A stretch of 63,413 bases of DNA, filler included, from Chiloscyllium plagiosum (GCF_004010195.1; 5 parts of one record of this genome joined end to end with filler, not necessarily neighbours in it); one strand, 5' to 3'; positions 35,865 through 49,506 are shown, counted from the first letter of the whole stretch. The notes: generated by a model from the sequence alone, not told the origin. Program-made: numbers and translations.

Positions 35865-37330
35865 GGCTTGGTTAGAGGATTTGCTGATGGACAGAAAGCA
35901 GAGTGTCAGAATAAATGTGTCCTTCTCTGGATGGTGAACTATAACTGGAGGAGTGCTGCAAGGTTCAGTTCTCGAACCTCAACAATTTACAATTTATTTA
36001 AATGATCTGCAAGCAGGGACAGAATATAACATAGCAAAACTCATGGATGGGACAAACAGTGGCTGAACAATGGGCTCTCCTAAAAAAAGAATGTGATTTG
36101 GGCATAGTAAAGTTATATACTCTCACAAGGGAAAAGACTGGACTAACAAATTTAGAGCTTCCTGGAAGAGAAAGGGGATAGAAATTAAGCTAAAAAAAGT
36201 AAATGTGTGATTATCTAACCAAGCTGAATACAGGAGGTTCAGAAAGGAGCTGAAAAAGTAAATAAGCAAAGAAGAATTATGAAAGAATGGTTTAGTAGCT
36301 CACATAAAAATCTCAATGTCTTCTATCAGTACATCAATAGTGAAAGTGTGGCAAAAGAAAAAGGATGTCCAATTGGAAACCACTTAAGAGGTAAGACGCA
36401 CGGCAAAGATGTTAAATTCATACTTTACTTCTGTCTTTACCTACAAGGCAGATGCCTCCTGTGCCATTGAGTCAATGGAACAAACTCAAGTCATTAGGAG
36501 GATTTAAGATTGATATGGGAGTGGTATTGGATCAGCTGTTGGTACTTAGTTGATAAGGCACCAGTAGTGGATACAATATATCCAAGGATATTGAAGAATA
36601 GCAAACATATTCCATTGGTCAAAAAGATGTTGTAAAGATCACCCCAGTAATTATAGATTAGTCAGTTTAACTTCTGTGAAATCATCTAGAAGGAGTTATT
36701 CAGGATGTAATTTAGAAAAATATGGATTAATTCAAAAAATGTCAGTAATGATTTGTTATGGGAGAAATGTGTCGAACTAACTTGCTGGGATTTATTGAAA
36801 AAGTACCAGAGAAGGTTGAGATGGGAAAGACTGCTGTTGTGGTGTACATGGGTGTACAGGGTAGATACACAGCAGATGAACTTCAATGCACAGCAGTATT
36901 AGGTGATGCACTTTGGTGGAAAGAATATAGGTAGCTCATGCAAAAGAAAGGACATTATTCAAAAGGATGTACAGGTACAGGGAACCTGGGTGCTTAAGTA
37001 ATGAAAGTTTGCAGGACAGGTGGAGGGAGCTGTTAATAAAGCATACAGTACTCTAAACTACAGTATCCATAAATAGAGGCACAGAATACAAGAGAGGGGA
37101 GGTTATGATGAACGTATATCACCGATTGACACTGTTTTGACACTGAATATAATTCAGGGTGCCATGCTAAAGGAAGGATGTGATTGCACTACAGAAAATG
37201 CAGAAGATACTTACAAGAATAGTTCCAGGAATAAGATACTTCAGTGGAGAGGCAAGATTGGAAAAGTTGGGACTGTACTCAGTCAAAAGACAAAGAGGAG
37301 ATTTGCTAGAAGTTTTCAAAATCCTCAGGG
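35865..37330 (+). mobile_element. Old fragmented CR1 ORF2
   Basis: GVLQGSVL.PQQFTIYLNDL and further decayed RT and C-terminal motifs. Confidence 0.65.
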
Positions 37331-37334
37331 TTTA

Positions 37335-39955
37335 GTTTTATTTATTATTGTCATATGTACCTATGTACAGTGAAAAGTTTGTTTTGCATGCTGTACAAGC
37401 AGATTGTACCATACAAAGTACATAGGATAATAGAACAGAATGAAGAATACATGTTACAGCTGCAAGGAAAATGCACAGAAGGCAAGATTAACATTAAATT
37501 TAAAATTTGAGAGGTCTGTTCAGAATTCTAATAACAATAAGGAAGAAGCAGTTCCTGAAACTGTTTGTATGCATACACAAACTTTCATACCTTCTGCCCA
37601 AGGGAACAGAGTGGAAGAGAGTATAACTGGAGTGGGAGGGTCTTTGATTATGTTGGTTGCTTTCCTGAGGCAGCAGAAAGTATAGATGAAGTCAACGAAT
37701 GGAAGGCTGCTCTGCTTGATGAGTTTACAACTTTCTATAGTTTGGAGTCACAGTGATGTACAGCATGGAAACAGACCCTTCAGTCCAACTTGTCAATGCC
37801 AACCAGATATCCTAACTTAATAGAGGCTGTTTGCCAGCACTTGGTTGATATCCCTCCAAAGCTTTCCTATTCATATACACATTCCAGATGCCTTTTAAAT
37901 GCTGTAATTGTACCAGCCTCCACTACTTCCTTTGGCAGCTCAATCCATACATGCACAACCCTCTGCATGAAAACGTTGCCCCTTAGGTCCCTTTTATATC
38001 TATCCCCTCTCACCCTAAACCGATAACCTCTAGTTCTGGACTGCCCTACCCCAGGGAAAAGACCTTGTCTATTTACCTTAACCGTGCTCTTCATGATTTT
38101 ATAAACCTCTATAATGTCATCCCTCAATCTCCGACACTCCAGGGAAAACATGCCCAGTCTATTCAGCCTCTCCCGATAGCTCAAACCCTCCAATCCTGGC
38201 AATATCCTTGTAAATCGTTTCTTAACCCTTTCAATTTTCATAACATACTTCTGATACGAAGGAGACGAGAATTGGCCAAAAATGGCCTAACCAACAGCCG
38301 CAACATGACCTCCCAACTCCTGTAATCAGTACTCTGACCAATAAAGGAATGCATACCAAATGCCTTCTTCGCTATCCTTTCTACCTGCGACTCTACTTTC
38401 AAGGAACTATGAATCTGCATTCCAAGGTCTCTTTGTTCAGCAAACTCCTCAGGATCTTACCAGTAAGTGTATAAGTCCTGCTAAGATTTGCTTTTCCAAA
38501 ATGCAGCACCTCGCATTTATCTAAATTAAACTCCATCTACCACTTCTCAGCCTAATGGCCCATTTGATCAAGATCTTGTTGTACTCTTGAGATAACCTTC
38601 TTCACTGTCCACCACACCTCCTATTTTGGTAACATCTGCAAACTTACTAACTATACCTCCTATGTTCACATCCAAATCATTTATGTAAATGGTGAAAAGT
38701 AGTAGACTCAGCACCGATCCTTATGGGACTCCACTGGTCATAGGCCTCCAGTCTGAAAAGCAACCCTCCACTACCACCGTCTGTCTTCTACCTTCAAGCC
38801 AGTTATGTATCTAAATGGCTAGTACTCCCTGTAGTCCATGAGATCTAACTTTGCTAACCAGTCTCCCATGAGTAACTTTGTCGAATGCCTAACTGAAGTC
38901 CATATAGATCACATCCACTGCTCTGCCGTCATCAATCTTCTTCAAAAAAACTCAATCAAGTTCGTGAGACCTGATTTTCCATGCACAAAGCCATGCTGAC
39001 TATCCCTAATTGTGATCTTGGGAAAAGCAGTTGCCAAACCACGCTGTGACAGAATGCTTTCTATGTTACATCTATAAAAATTGGTAGAAGTCCTTGTGAA
39101 CATACCAATTTCCCTAGCCTCCTGAGGAAATACAGACATCTGTGTGCTTTCTTTACCATTGCGTCTACATGCATGGACCAGGACAGACTATTGTTGTCCA
39201 TCATTCCCAGGAACCTGACACTATTGACCACCTCCACCTTAGCACCGGTGATGTAGTAGGGGGCGTGCCCTCCACTCTGCTTCCTGAGGTCGATGACCAG
39301 CTTTTTTGTTTTGCTGACGTTGGAGAAATTGTTGTCTTCACACCAAGCTGCTAACCACTCAACTTCTTTCCAGTATTCTGTCTCCTACAGCTGTGATGGG
39401 TCATCAGCAAACTCGTAAATGGAGTTGGGGGAGAATTTGACCACCCAGTTGAGAGTATATAAGGAGTACAGTAGGGGACTAAGTACACAGCCTTGCAAGG
39501 CATCGATGCTGAGGTTATTGTGAAGTAGGTTTTGATACCTATTCTTACTGATTGCGATCTGTGGGTTATAAAGTCAAGTATCCAGTTACATAGCGGGAAG
39601 CTGAGATCTTGGTCTCAGAATTTAGAGATGAGTTTGTTGGGAATTATGGTTTTGAAGGCAGAACTGTAGTCAATAAGCAGGAGCGTGACGTAGGTATCCT
39701 TGTTAGCCAGAGGCTACAGAATCGCATGCAGTTCCAGGAAGATGCATCTGTTGTGGACCGGTTGCGCCGGTAGGCGAATTGCTCAGGATAAAGGCAAGTT
39801 GGTAGGCTGAAGTTGATGTGAGCCATCACCAACTTCTTGAAGCACTCCATAATTATGGAGGTCAGAGCCACCGGGCAGTAGTCACTGAGGCATGCTGCAT
39901 GATTTTTCTTTGGCACTGGGATTGTGGTGGTCTTCCTAAAGCAGGTGGGGACTTC
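37335..39955 (-). mobile_element. Rex1/Babar LINE (RT to 3' tail), split by a CR1 insertion
   Basis: [39 protein letters not shown] and EFADD motifs; tail CTTTTCACTGTAC..TGACAATAATAAA. Confidence 0.8.
37745..39010 (-). mobile_element. CR1 (HER1-type), 5'-truncated, nested in Rex1/Babar
   Basis: IRDSQHGFVHGKSGLTNLIEFF through [22 protein letters not shown] and 3' tail. Confidence 0.9.
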
Positions 39956-40699
39956 AGATCGTAGAAAGAATGGTTATGGACAGAGTGGATAGTGAGAAAC
40001 TGTTCTCAGATGTAAACAAATTGAGAACCAAAGTGCACCGTTTTAAACTGATTTGCAAAAACGACAAATTCGAGGAGAGAAAGTAAACTCTCACACAACG
40101 AAAAGTTAGAGTATGGAATGCCCTCTCTGGAAGAGCAGTGGAAGCACATTCAACTGATGCATTCAAGAGGACATTTGGTGATTATTTAAATGGAAACAAT
40201 GTGAAGGGTTCTGGGCAAAAGACAGGAGACTGGCAGCAAGTCAAAATGTTCAGACTTTCAGTAAAGACAAAATGGGCAAATGGCCCCTTTCTCCATCATT
40301 AAGCAGCTTTGATTCATTACTCCAAAAGTGAAAACATCTTATTTAATTGCCAAAGCGGTCAATTTATTTCATTTTATTACTAACATGCACCTAGAACAAA
40401 AAGAGTGAACTTTCACTAGCTTCTTCAACAAACTTATTCTTTACACAAGTGGCTATCAACTAACCTACTATGCAGAATTAGACTATGTCCCCCTTAACCT
40501 AAAACACACACACACTTGCATTCATATGTAGACTGGATAACACACAGCTCTGTAGGGATAATATGACTGAAAATAATTAGAAAACACCCTTGTGAATCTA
40601 TAGGCCAAAACTGAAAAGGCAATGAGTTGACTTCCTTTGCTTTTCTGTCAGAAATCATGTTACTGTCAGCTAAAGAGCAGAACAGAGCTTTCTGTTCAC

Positions 40700-40730
<31 letters not shown>

Positions 40731-40742
40731 TAGAGAGAGAGA
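40700..40742. repeat. (GA)n microsatellite
   Basis: Seen directly. Confidence 0.9.
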
Positions 40743-41194
40743 ACATGAGGGAGAGTACAAGAGAAAGTGAGAGATGTTTTCAATCCTGTCAGCTTTTCTC
40801 TAATAGCTGAAACTCCCACTTTTGTGACAACAGAAACCAAATAACCAGACAATGTTGCTAGGTGAAGACAACATAGATCCTAGAATTTCTTTCAAGTTCG
40901 TTGTAAAGACATTAAGGTCATAAAAGCAACATTCCTTTTTAAAAGCTCTCATTGTTCCACTTTCCAAAATTATTTACTTTTCCAGACAACAGCAAATAAC
41001 CCATTGTTCTCCATGACTCTTGACTTTTTTTTCCAAACAATCACATGATAAATCCCTCTTCAAACCAGTAATGTCCAAACAATTCCATATTCCAATTGTA
41101 ATGATCATAAATATGTGTTTCTAAACACTGTACGCACTGTAACTTTGATATCATTCAAACAAGTATATAAAATTGCATGACTTAATATTTTATG

Positions 41195-41320
41195 ATTTGG
41201 AGGTGCTGGTGCTGGACTGAGGTGGACAAAGTTAAAAATCACACAACATCAGGTTATAGTCCAACAGGTTAGTTGGAAGCACTGGCTTTCGAGGCACTGC
41301 CTCTTCATCAGGTAGTTGTC
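41195..41320 (-). mobile_element. 126-bp mini-insertion of a second PLE family with hammerhead-like core, 10-bp TSD
   Basis: ATATTTTATG at 41185-41194 and 41321-41330; minus strand CTGATGA-A-GAGGC-AGT-GCCTC-GAAA (41311-41287). Confidence 0.8.
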
Positions 41321-41879
41321 ATATTTTATGGTAAGCAAGCGTATTAATTTGGAAGATCTTTCTTGCTGATATAAGAAGTTATGGTTTGACATTGTCGGAT
41401 ACTTTATTTTCATTCATTTGTAAGGCCAAGTGGAAACAAAAGTGGAAACAAATCTGAATCCAAAGAGGTAAAACTTCACTGGTCAGTTTTTCAGATGTAG
41501 GTAAAACTAGAAACATACATTAAAACTTATTATAAGACTCTGTTTCCTTTAAAGTCAGGTACAGTATTTTGAAAGGCTGCCTGACAATCTTAGATCCCGT
41601 TTGGTCTCATTTCACGCGATTACTGCCAGACTAGGATGTGAGAACTATCTCATTCAGCAGCAGCACCTCAAAAGCTAAATGGCCTTCAATTATATTTTTG
41701 AGAGAACTACATTTTTACAAACTTCATTCACTACAACTATGAAGCTAAACAGACTCAGACATTTATAGCAAATTATGACTGCGGTCCAGTAAGGTTTGAA
41801 CACACTAATCCAATTTTCCAGCTCTTAATGTTTACCGGTGAAGGATAGGGCAATAAAAGTGAATATCAAAATGCTGCTT

Positions 41880-42620
41880 AAAGGTTATGAGAGTTTCTGA
41901 CTCAACCACTCTTTCAGGCAGTGAGTTCCAAAGCCCTCTGTTTGAAAATACGTCCTTTTCCATTCTCATCTTAGCCTTCCACCTCCTACATTAAATAAAT
42001 GCCCTCTGGTTACTGACTGCTCTACTAATGGAAAAAAATCCCTTCCTGTCCACTCCATCTATGCCACACATAATCTTGTACACCACTATAAGGTGCTCTT
42101 TCACCATTCGCTGCTCTGAGGAAAATACCCCCAACTATCTAATCTTTCATCTTTGCTCAGACCCTCCACCCCAGGTAGCATTCTGGTACATGTAAATGGC
42201 ACCCTCACAAGTGCAATCACATCCTTCATATAATTTGGTGACCAGAACTGTACTCGGTACTCCAACTGTGGCTTAACCAGTGTTTTATACAGTTCCATCA
42301 TAACTTTCTTATTCTAGTATTCTGTGCCTGGCTATTATCGTACTGCAGTTTAGGATTATCCTCCTTACTATTTACTGCCCTCTCAATTCCCGTGTCATCA
42401 GCAAACTTCTTAAACATACTATCCACATTCAAGTCCAAATTATTAATAAACACGACAAATATCAAGAACTCCAACACCAAGGCTTGTAAAACACCATTGG
42501 AAACTGACTTCCAGTCACACAAACATCCCTCTACAATCATTCTCTATTTCCTGCTTTTCAGCCAATTTTGATCCAATATGCCATTTTTGCAGATCTGGTC
42601 TACTATGAGAACCTGTTGAA
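41880..42620 (-). mobile_element. CR1 3' part, degenerate
   Basis: KKFADD and LYKTLVKPQLEYRVQFWSP motifs. Confidence 0.8.
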
Positions 42621-43007
42621 AAATTTGTATGGCAGGGACTCTATCTATAATCCTGCATTGAACAGCAATTTTTAAAATCCATTACAGCGGGAGAGAGGGA
42701 GACCTAATTCAAAATACCAACTTTAAAAAACCGAACAGCAGCCTTTTTTTTGTTGCATTCAGTTCAACCATAACAATAGCTTACTAATCATACACAAGCT
42801 AACAATTGTAAATTTTACCTGAGGCAATCCCCACTGCCACTGACCTGCGAGACAATGAGCTGGTGCCTGCAAATAAAAATAATAGATAATGATATACAAA
42901 TTTTTCTGACAAGAGAGTAACAAATTGTAAAATTTCATTTCAGAAAACAAACGATTTCCACAGCAGCCTTCTGAGATATCTTTTTCATTTCAATAATGGA
43001 CACTGGA

Positions 43008-43134
43008 AGAAAGTGAGGACTGCAGATGCTGGAGATCAGAGCTTAAAAATGTGTTGCTGGAAAAGCGCAGCAGGTCAGGCATCATTAAAGGAACAGGAGG
43101 ATCGACGTTTCGGGCATAAGCCCTTCTTCAGGAA
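43008..43134 (-). mobile_element. 127-bp PLE-tail mini-insertion headed by a hammerhead core (43104-43131), 10-bp TSD
   Basis: GGACACTGGA at 42998-43007 and 43135-43144; minus strand TTC-CTGAAGA-A-GGGC-TTAT-GCCC-GAAAC-GTC. Confidence 0.85.
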
Positions 43135-43147
43135 GGACACTGGATAT

Positions 43148-43451
43148 GTTTTATTGCCCATGCCTTAATGCACTTAAATTGAATGACTTGATATGTCATT
43201 TCAGCATCAGAGTCAATCACATAGCAATAGATCAGGAATCCTTCAGTGGAGGACATTAGTGAATTCGATAGAATATTACGTCAATTGACAGTGATAATGG
43301 TTGCTGTTACACCAATGTTCAATTCCAATGTATTAATTGATCTAAATTTCACCATTGGCCATAGTGCGATTCAAATCAATGTCCCCAGACGATCAGTCTA
43401 GAACTCTGGATTATTAGTTCAGTGACATTACCATTGTGCCACTACCTCCTC
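43148..43451 (-). mobile_element. tRNA-derived SINE with the tail of the Zenon-like LINE
   Basis: Reverse complement resembles 49786-50092; ends GCATGGGCAATAAA. Confidence 0.55.
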
Positions 43452-43861
43452 TTACAATGAAATAAGTTCGCATTATCAGATAATCTTGTAAAAAACATGA
43501 ATAATGGTGCTTGAAATCTCTAATATGATAAACTAATATGATAATCATGATTTACTTGCTGGATCAAAAAGCATTTCTGCTCTCCCAGCTGAGAAGTAAT
43601 CCTGATGATATGTGAAGAGCTAGCAGCTGTCCCGGGTATTGCTGTACTGAGAATTAACAGCTTCTGACAAATAAATGCATTAACAATGACCTCTACCTTC
43701 TCTTTCATGAGTTAAGAACACTTGTTACACCTGAGGCAGAAAAGCCACAAGACTTAAGAGACTATTGGCTCGATTCTCTAAGAGCTTAGTTCATATATCA
43801 ACAGCCATTAATTCAGGAAACAATAATGCTGCTCCAGAACTATCATTAGTTCACAACACAG

Positions 43862-44773
43862 AGGAGTCATAGAGTTATACAGCTCAGAAACAAGCCCTTT
43901 GGTCCAACTCATCCATGCTAACCAGATATCCTAAATTAATCTAGTCCCATTTGCTAGTATTTGGCCCATCTTCTTCTAAACCCTCCTATTCATATGCTCA
44001 TCCAGATGCCTTTTAAATGTTGTTATTGTACTAGCCTCTACCACTTTCTCTGGCAGCTTATTCCATAAAAGCATCACCCTCTGCGTGAACAAGTTGTCCC
44101 TTAGGTCCCTTCAAAATCTTACTGCTGTCATCTTAAACCTACGCCTTCTAGTTTTGAACTCCCCACCCTGGGCAAATTGAACCTATCCATGTCCCTCATG
44201 ATTTTATAAACCTCTATAAGGTCACCCCTCAACTTCTGAAGCTCCAGCAAAAATACTCCCAGCCTATTCAGCCTCGGCTTATAATTCAAACCGCACAGCC
44301 CTGGCAAAATTGTTCTAAATCTTTTCTGCACCCTTTCAAATTTAGCATCTTTCCAATGGCCAGGAGATCAGAATTGATTGCAATAGTCCAAAAGCGGCCT
44401 AACCAATGTTTTGTACAGCTGCAACATGACACCCCAACTCCTATCCTCAATGCAGCATACCAAACACTTTCTTTACTGTCCTGTCTTACATGCGACTCCA
44501 CTTTCAACAAACTATGAACCTGTACTCCAAAATCTCTTTGTTACGTAACACTTGCAGGACCTTACTATTAAGTGTTTAAGTCCTGCTCTAATTTGCCCTA
44601 CCAAAATGTAGCACCTCACATTTGTCTAGATTAAACTCCATTTGCCATTCCTTGGCCCATCGATCAAGGTCCTGCTGCACTCCACGGTAACCTTCTTGAG
44701 GTACAATTTTGATATCATCTGCAAATTGACTAACCATACCTCCTATATTTACATCCAACTCATTTATATAGAC
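43862..44773 (-). mobile_element. CR1 3' part
   Basis: QFADD, WAKEWQMEFNLDKCEVLHFG and HER1-type tail. Confidence 0.88.
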
Positions 44774-45467
44774 CATGTGTGGAAGTCCTTGCGCTGATCT
44801 ACTGACTGTTCATCTGTATTCCGTTTATCTGATTGTAATGTTTATCCTTTTAACTATGCCTTATTTCTAACTTGTAGTGTAAGGTAATGTGACATTTTTT
44901 CGTTATTCCTCTTTTTGTATCGAAGATTTGTGCTCGGTACTTTGTATGTAAGATGGTACTTTCTCTCTCCTTTTTCCTAAGATTTTAAGGAGGGTTTTTT
45001 TGATGAGAAAAATTTACCTTGAAGCAGATAAGAGCCAGAGGGAAGTGTGCTGGAGGCCTGGAGTGGTGTGGAGCAGCTGAGAGCTGCAGTGGAGCAGGTT
45101 GGAGGCATGTAGCAGTGTGGAGTAGTGGCTGAGAGCTGGTGCCGAGTGGGATGGAGGCATGGAGGGGAGCAGAGACAATCCAGCGCATGTGGTCAGTGGC
45201 TTGTGAGGCTGGTCAGACCACGTGTGGATACCCCTGCGCCGAGATCTACTGCAACGTATGTTTATCTGTAATCTGTTTATCTGACTGTAATGTTTATCCT
45301 TTTAACTAAATCTTAACTTATACCATGAATCACTAAGTAATGCAACTTTTTAAAAATTCTTCTTTTTATATCTAAGATTTGTACCTAAGATGGTACCATG
45401 AGAGGTGACATTGCAAACTTTTCACTGTACTCCTGTACTGAGTATGTGACAATAAAATCTAATTCTA
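44774..45467 (+). mobile_element. Non-autonomous element(s) with Rex1/Babar-type tail; one segment present twice
   Basis: 44774-44958 resembles 45219-45396; ends TTTTCACTGTACTC..TGTGACAATAAAATCTAATTCTA. Confidence 0.5.
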
Positions 45468-45529
45468 AAGCGAAATGGCAAAAAGCAGTGGAACCAGCAC
45501 TGATCCTTTTGGCACATCTTCGACTTAAA

Positions 45530-47000
45530 AGGTGTAATATTTCCATATTTCTTTCTGATGAGAAAAGTCTTACTGACCCAACCAGTATACATTATAAATA
45601 CACAGACTCCTACAGTTACCAAGACTATACATCCTCACACCCTGTTTCCTGGAAGGACTCCATCCCATTCTTCCAGTTTCTCCTCTTCTCTCGCATCTGT
45701 TCTGATGATGCCACCTTCTGCAGGGGGGCCTCAAAAGTGTCCAAATTTTTCCTCAACTGAGGATTTTATGCTACACTGGTTGAAAGGGCCCTTAGTCATT
45801 AGATTAGATTACTTACACTATGGAAACAGGCCCTTCGGCCCAACAAGCCCACACCGACCCTCCGAAGAGCAACCCACCCAGACCCATTCCCCTACATCTA
45901 ACACAACGGGCAATTTAGCATGGCCAATTCACCTAACCTGCACATCTTTGGACTGTGGGAGAAAACCGGAGCACCCGGAGGAAACCCACGCAGACACAGG
46001 GAGAATGTGCAAACTCCACACAGACAGTTGCCTGAGGCGGGAATTGATCCCGGGTCTCTGGCGCTGTGAGGCAGCAGTGCTAAGCACTGTGCCACCGTGC
46101 TGCCCTTCTCCTGCACTTTGGCCCTCATCCTTTCCTTTCCCTCCCACAGCAAGGATAGGACTCCTTTGGTCTCATTTACCATCCCACCAGCTTCCACAAC
46201 CAAAGGATCGTAAGACACCATTTCCATCACCACCACAACCAGACACATACTCCCCTGCCAGAATTTTGGAGGAATGTTTCCTCCAAAATACTTTGGTTCC
46301 TTCCTCCTCCATTCCCAACATCTCCACAACTCCAATGCATTTCCCATGCAATTGTAGAAGCTATACACACCTACCTGTTTGCCTCCTCAATATCCATGAC
46401 CCAATATACCTTCTAAGTGCAGTAGCGATTTATCTGTACTTCATTTAATCTAGTCTACTGTATCCGCTGTTCACAATGCGGTCTCCTGTACATTGGGGAG
46501 ACAAAATGCAGGCTGGGTGATTGCTTTGCAGAACACCTACACTCTGGCTGCAAGAATGACCAAGTTTCTAGTTGCCTGCTACTTAACACATCACCATTTT
46601 CCCATGCCAACGTTTCTGTCGCAGGCCTGCTGCAGTATTCCAGCAAGCCTCGGGTGAAAGCTTGAAGACCATCTCATTTTCTGGTTGGGACCTTGCAGAC
46701 TTGAGAACTCAACATCGAATTCAATAACTTTAGAGCCTGATTCCAAATTTCTATATTTTTTTTAGCAACGGCACACCTATTCCAGTTTTGACCTGAATTG
46801 CTTTTAACACGGTCACATGCCTCCAGACCCATTATCACATTATCTCATCAGCTAACCCATTTCCACACTCTTAGCCCTTATAATCATTTATATAGTTTTA
46901 CTTTATTTATCTATCTCTTTCGTGTCTTTCCCTCTCTCTCTCTGGGCTCCATCTCCTCCTATTTGCTCACTTCACTCCTTCCACCACTCTCCCCCAATTA
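45530..47000 (+). mobile_element. Penelope-like element (Neptune-like) ORF C-terminal half: RT thumb and GIY-YIG endonuclease, degenerate
   Basis: SIHYKYTDSYSYQDYTSSHPVSWKDSIPFFQF..RICSDD; NLVYCIRCSQCGLLYIGETKCRLGDCFAEHL at about 46447-46539. Confidence 0.88.
45798..46104 (-). mobile_element. HE1 V-SINE nested in the PLE
   Basis: GCAGCACGGTGGCACAGTG head, V-domain, (AATCT)n tail. Confidence 0.92.
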
Positions 47001-47269
47001 ATTGGAAAATATTATTCATTTAAAGACATTTAACTTAATATTGTGACGTTCAGGAACACAACTTTAAATAAGGAGTTGCTGTAATGGCAAAAGAATATCT
47101 GAACGTGAGAGGGAGAGATCCAAGTAGCTGTATTACAGAAAAAAAGAGAAGGCTGCAATCTGTGTAACCCATGCAACAGAATAAAGATTATAGAACACTT
47201 TGGAACACCACTTGTAATAACACCCTGATGGTTAGGAAGTTTTAGTGTTTGAAAACAAATGAAATGATT

Positions 47270-48410
47270 AACTACGAAGGATGAAAGCAAAGAATTGGAG
47301 AGTTGGAGGAATTTGCTATCTATACTGAAGCACCAGGTAGAGGAAATCCAAACTTGTTTGACAGATCGATACAAACAGAAGAAGAAGTACTGTCAGACTG
47401 GATACAAAGTTAGCATTGCTGCCTCACAGCGCCAGAGACCCGGGTTCAATTCCCGCCTCAGGCGACTGACTGTGTGGAATTTGCACATTCTCCCCGTGTC
47501 TGCGTGGGTTTCCTCCGGGCGCTCCGGTTTCCTCCCACAATCCAAAGATGTGCAGGTCAGGTGAATTGGCCATGCTAAATTGTCCGTAGTGTTAGGTAAG
47601 GGGTAAATGGATTGGCCATGCTAAATTGTCCGTAGTGTTAGGTAAGGGGTAAATGTAGGGGTATAGGTGGTTTGCGCTTCGGCGGGTCGGTGTGGATTTG
47701 TTGGGCCGAAGGGCCTGTTTCCACACTGTAAAGTAATCTAATCTAATCTAAAAGTTGAATCCAGACAAGTTACTCAAGATTTTGAGGGTACAGTTGGGAT
47801 GGATTTTCTAAGCTCTTCGAGCTAAATATTTGTGGAATTATGAATAGATTTGTGTAGGTCCACTGACACAAAAGCTGCATATGGCAGGATGAAAATGTTC
47901 TAAGAAGCATTTTGAAGCCACTTAAAAAATGAATAATATAGAAAGAAAGTTGTGGAAATTAACAAGTGTATTTACATTTGAATGATGTGTTGAGGATATG
48001 ATATTTTTCAGTTAGATCTTCTTTCCAAAAAGAAATCGAGCAGCATTCTACTGGTGTCACAAAGAGAAACCTGCAGGCATGTTTTATGATACATGATGAT
48101 TACTTTCTATGGAAAAGTCCTGCCGAGTTTGATCAATTTGTTATAGACAAGATAAAAGGGGAATTTTAGATAATAAATCGAGCACTAACATTTACATATA
48201 TAAGCATAAATCAGAATAGTTTCACGTAACTTTGAATAATTAAAACTAGGAAGTACTAACTGTACCCCAATAAAATTAGATCAGGTTGTCACAGAACTCT
48301 GATCTTAATTCAAAAGAAGAAAAGATGAAACTAAAGTTAGTTAACTATACTTAGTTAAGTAACACTGCTCATTATGACATATTGTAACTTAGTACTATGA
48401 AGACAGATAA
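47270..48410 (+). mobile_element. Decayed Ty1/copia reverse transcriptase (GalEa-like)
   Basis: Colinear motifs KELESWR/FAIYTEAP, KVESRQVTQDFE, CRSTDTKAAY, KLWK-NKCIY-LNDVLRI*YFSVR and AAFYWCHKEKPAGMF-MIHDDYFLW..EFDQFVIDKIKGEF. Confidence 0.7.
47412..47750 (+). mobile_element. HE1 V-SINE, slightly 5'-truncated, with 6-bp TSD and internal 46-bp duplication
   Basis: AAAGTT at 47406-47411 and 47751-47756; ATTGGCCATGCTAAATTG...GGTAAATG starts at both 47565 and 47611. Confidence 0.92.
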
Positions 48411-49037
48411 CTGGTTAAATTTCCCACAGTATACATGTTATCTTCTCATCATGAAAATAGTTCTCAGGTGAGGAGATAAGTGGACCTCATGAATAGTACA
48501 CAACTCTGTTGGTAGAAAATTAATGCACTCCCTCTTGTGAACCTGAGGGCAAAGTCTCACTGACAAGCCATACACATTACCAAAAAGCATTTCCAGCTGC
48601 TGTTTGTGACAATTGTGCCCTAAGTAATGGATTAGAGAGCAACTGAAGAACATTATTTCATTCTGTGAGGTAGATGCCTCGAATTCACTGCTTGCAAGGC
48701 TGGCAGAATCAGAAATCAGTCTAGTAAACGGTATGATCCTTGTGGTAAAACTTTAAACCAAAGTAACCAAATCTACCAAATTACTGGCAAATTAAGGAAT
48801 TACCAACATTCTTCAGAAAGAAGGTCTGGAAGAATTCTATGGAGACATAGAGGATCTTGCCTGCTAGCTGAAGCAACAACAAGATACCCGAGTTACCTCC
48901 TCTGAAAGGCATGCATTAAGTGTCGAGGGCTGCTGGCCATTCAGAGTCCAACAACAACTTTCTCATCAGTGAATAGCAGGAAAGTGGTACCTGCTAATAG
49001 AATGACAATCTATCTGAGATCCAGGGTACTGTGACAA

Positions 49038-49506
49038 TAAGACCATATGACATAGGAGTGGAAGTAAGGCCATTTGGCCCATCGAGTCCACTCCGCCATT
49101 CAATCATGGCTGATGGGCATTTCAACTCCACTTACCCGCATTCTCCCCGTAGCCCTTAATTCCTTGTGACATCAAGAATTTATCAATTTCTGCCTTGAAG
49201 ACATTTAGCGTCCCAGCCTCCACTGCACTCTGTGGCAATGAATTCCACAGGCCCACCACTCTCTGGCTGAAGAAATGCCTCCGCATTTCTGTTCTGAATT
49301 AACCTCTTTAATTTTAAGGCTGTGTCCACGGGTCCTAGTCTCCTCGCCTAACGGAAACAATTTCCTAGCACTCACCCTTTCCAAGCCATGTATTATCTTG
49401 TAAGTTTCCATTAGATCTCCCCTTAATCTTCTAAACTCCAACGAATACAATCCCAGTATCCTCAGCCGTTCCTCATATGTTAGACCTACCATTCCAAGGA
49501 TCATCC
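49038..49506 (-). mobile_element. Young CR1 3' end (cut by the linker)
   Basis: LTYEERLRILGLYSLEFRRLRGDL in ORF 49205-49504, plus tail. Confidence 0.9.

Noticed and set aside
46040..46104. tRNA gene
   Set aside because: The A/B boxes belong to the tRNA-derived head of an HE1 SINE and are followed by the V-domain; no complete cloverleaf.
45558..46448. 296-aa ORF as an intact PLE or novel protein
   Set aside because: Chimeric read-through of out-of-frame PLE sequence and an antisense HE1 SINE.
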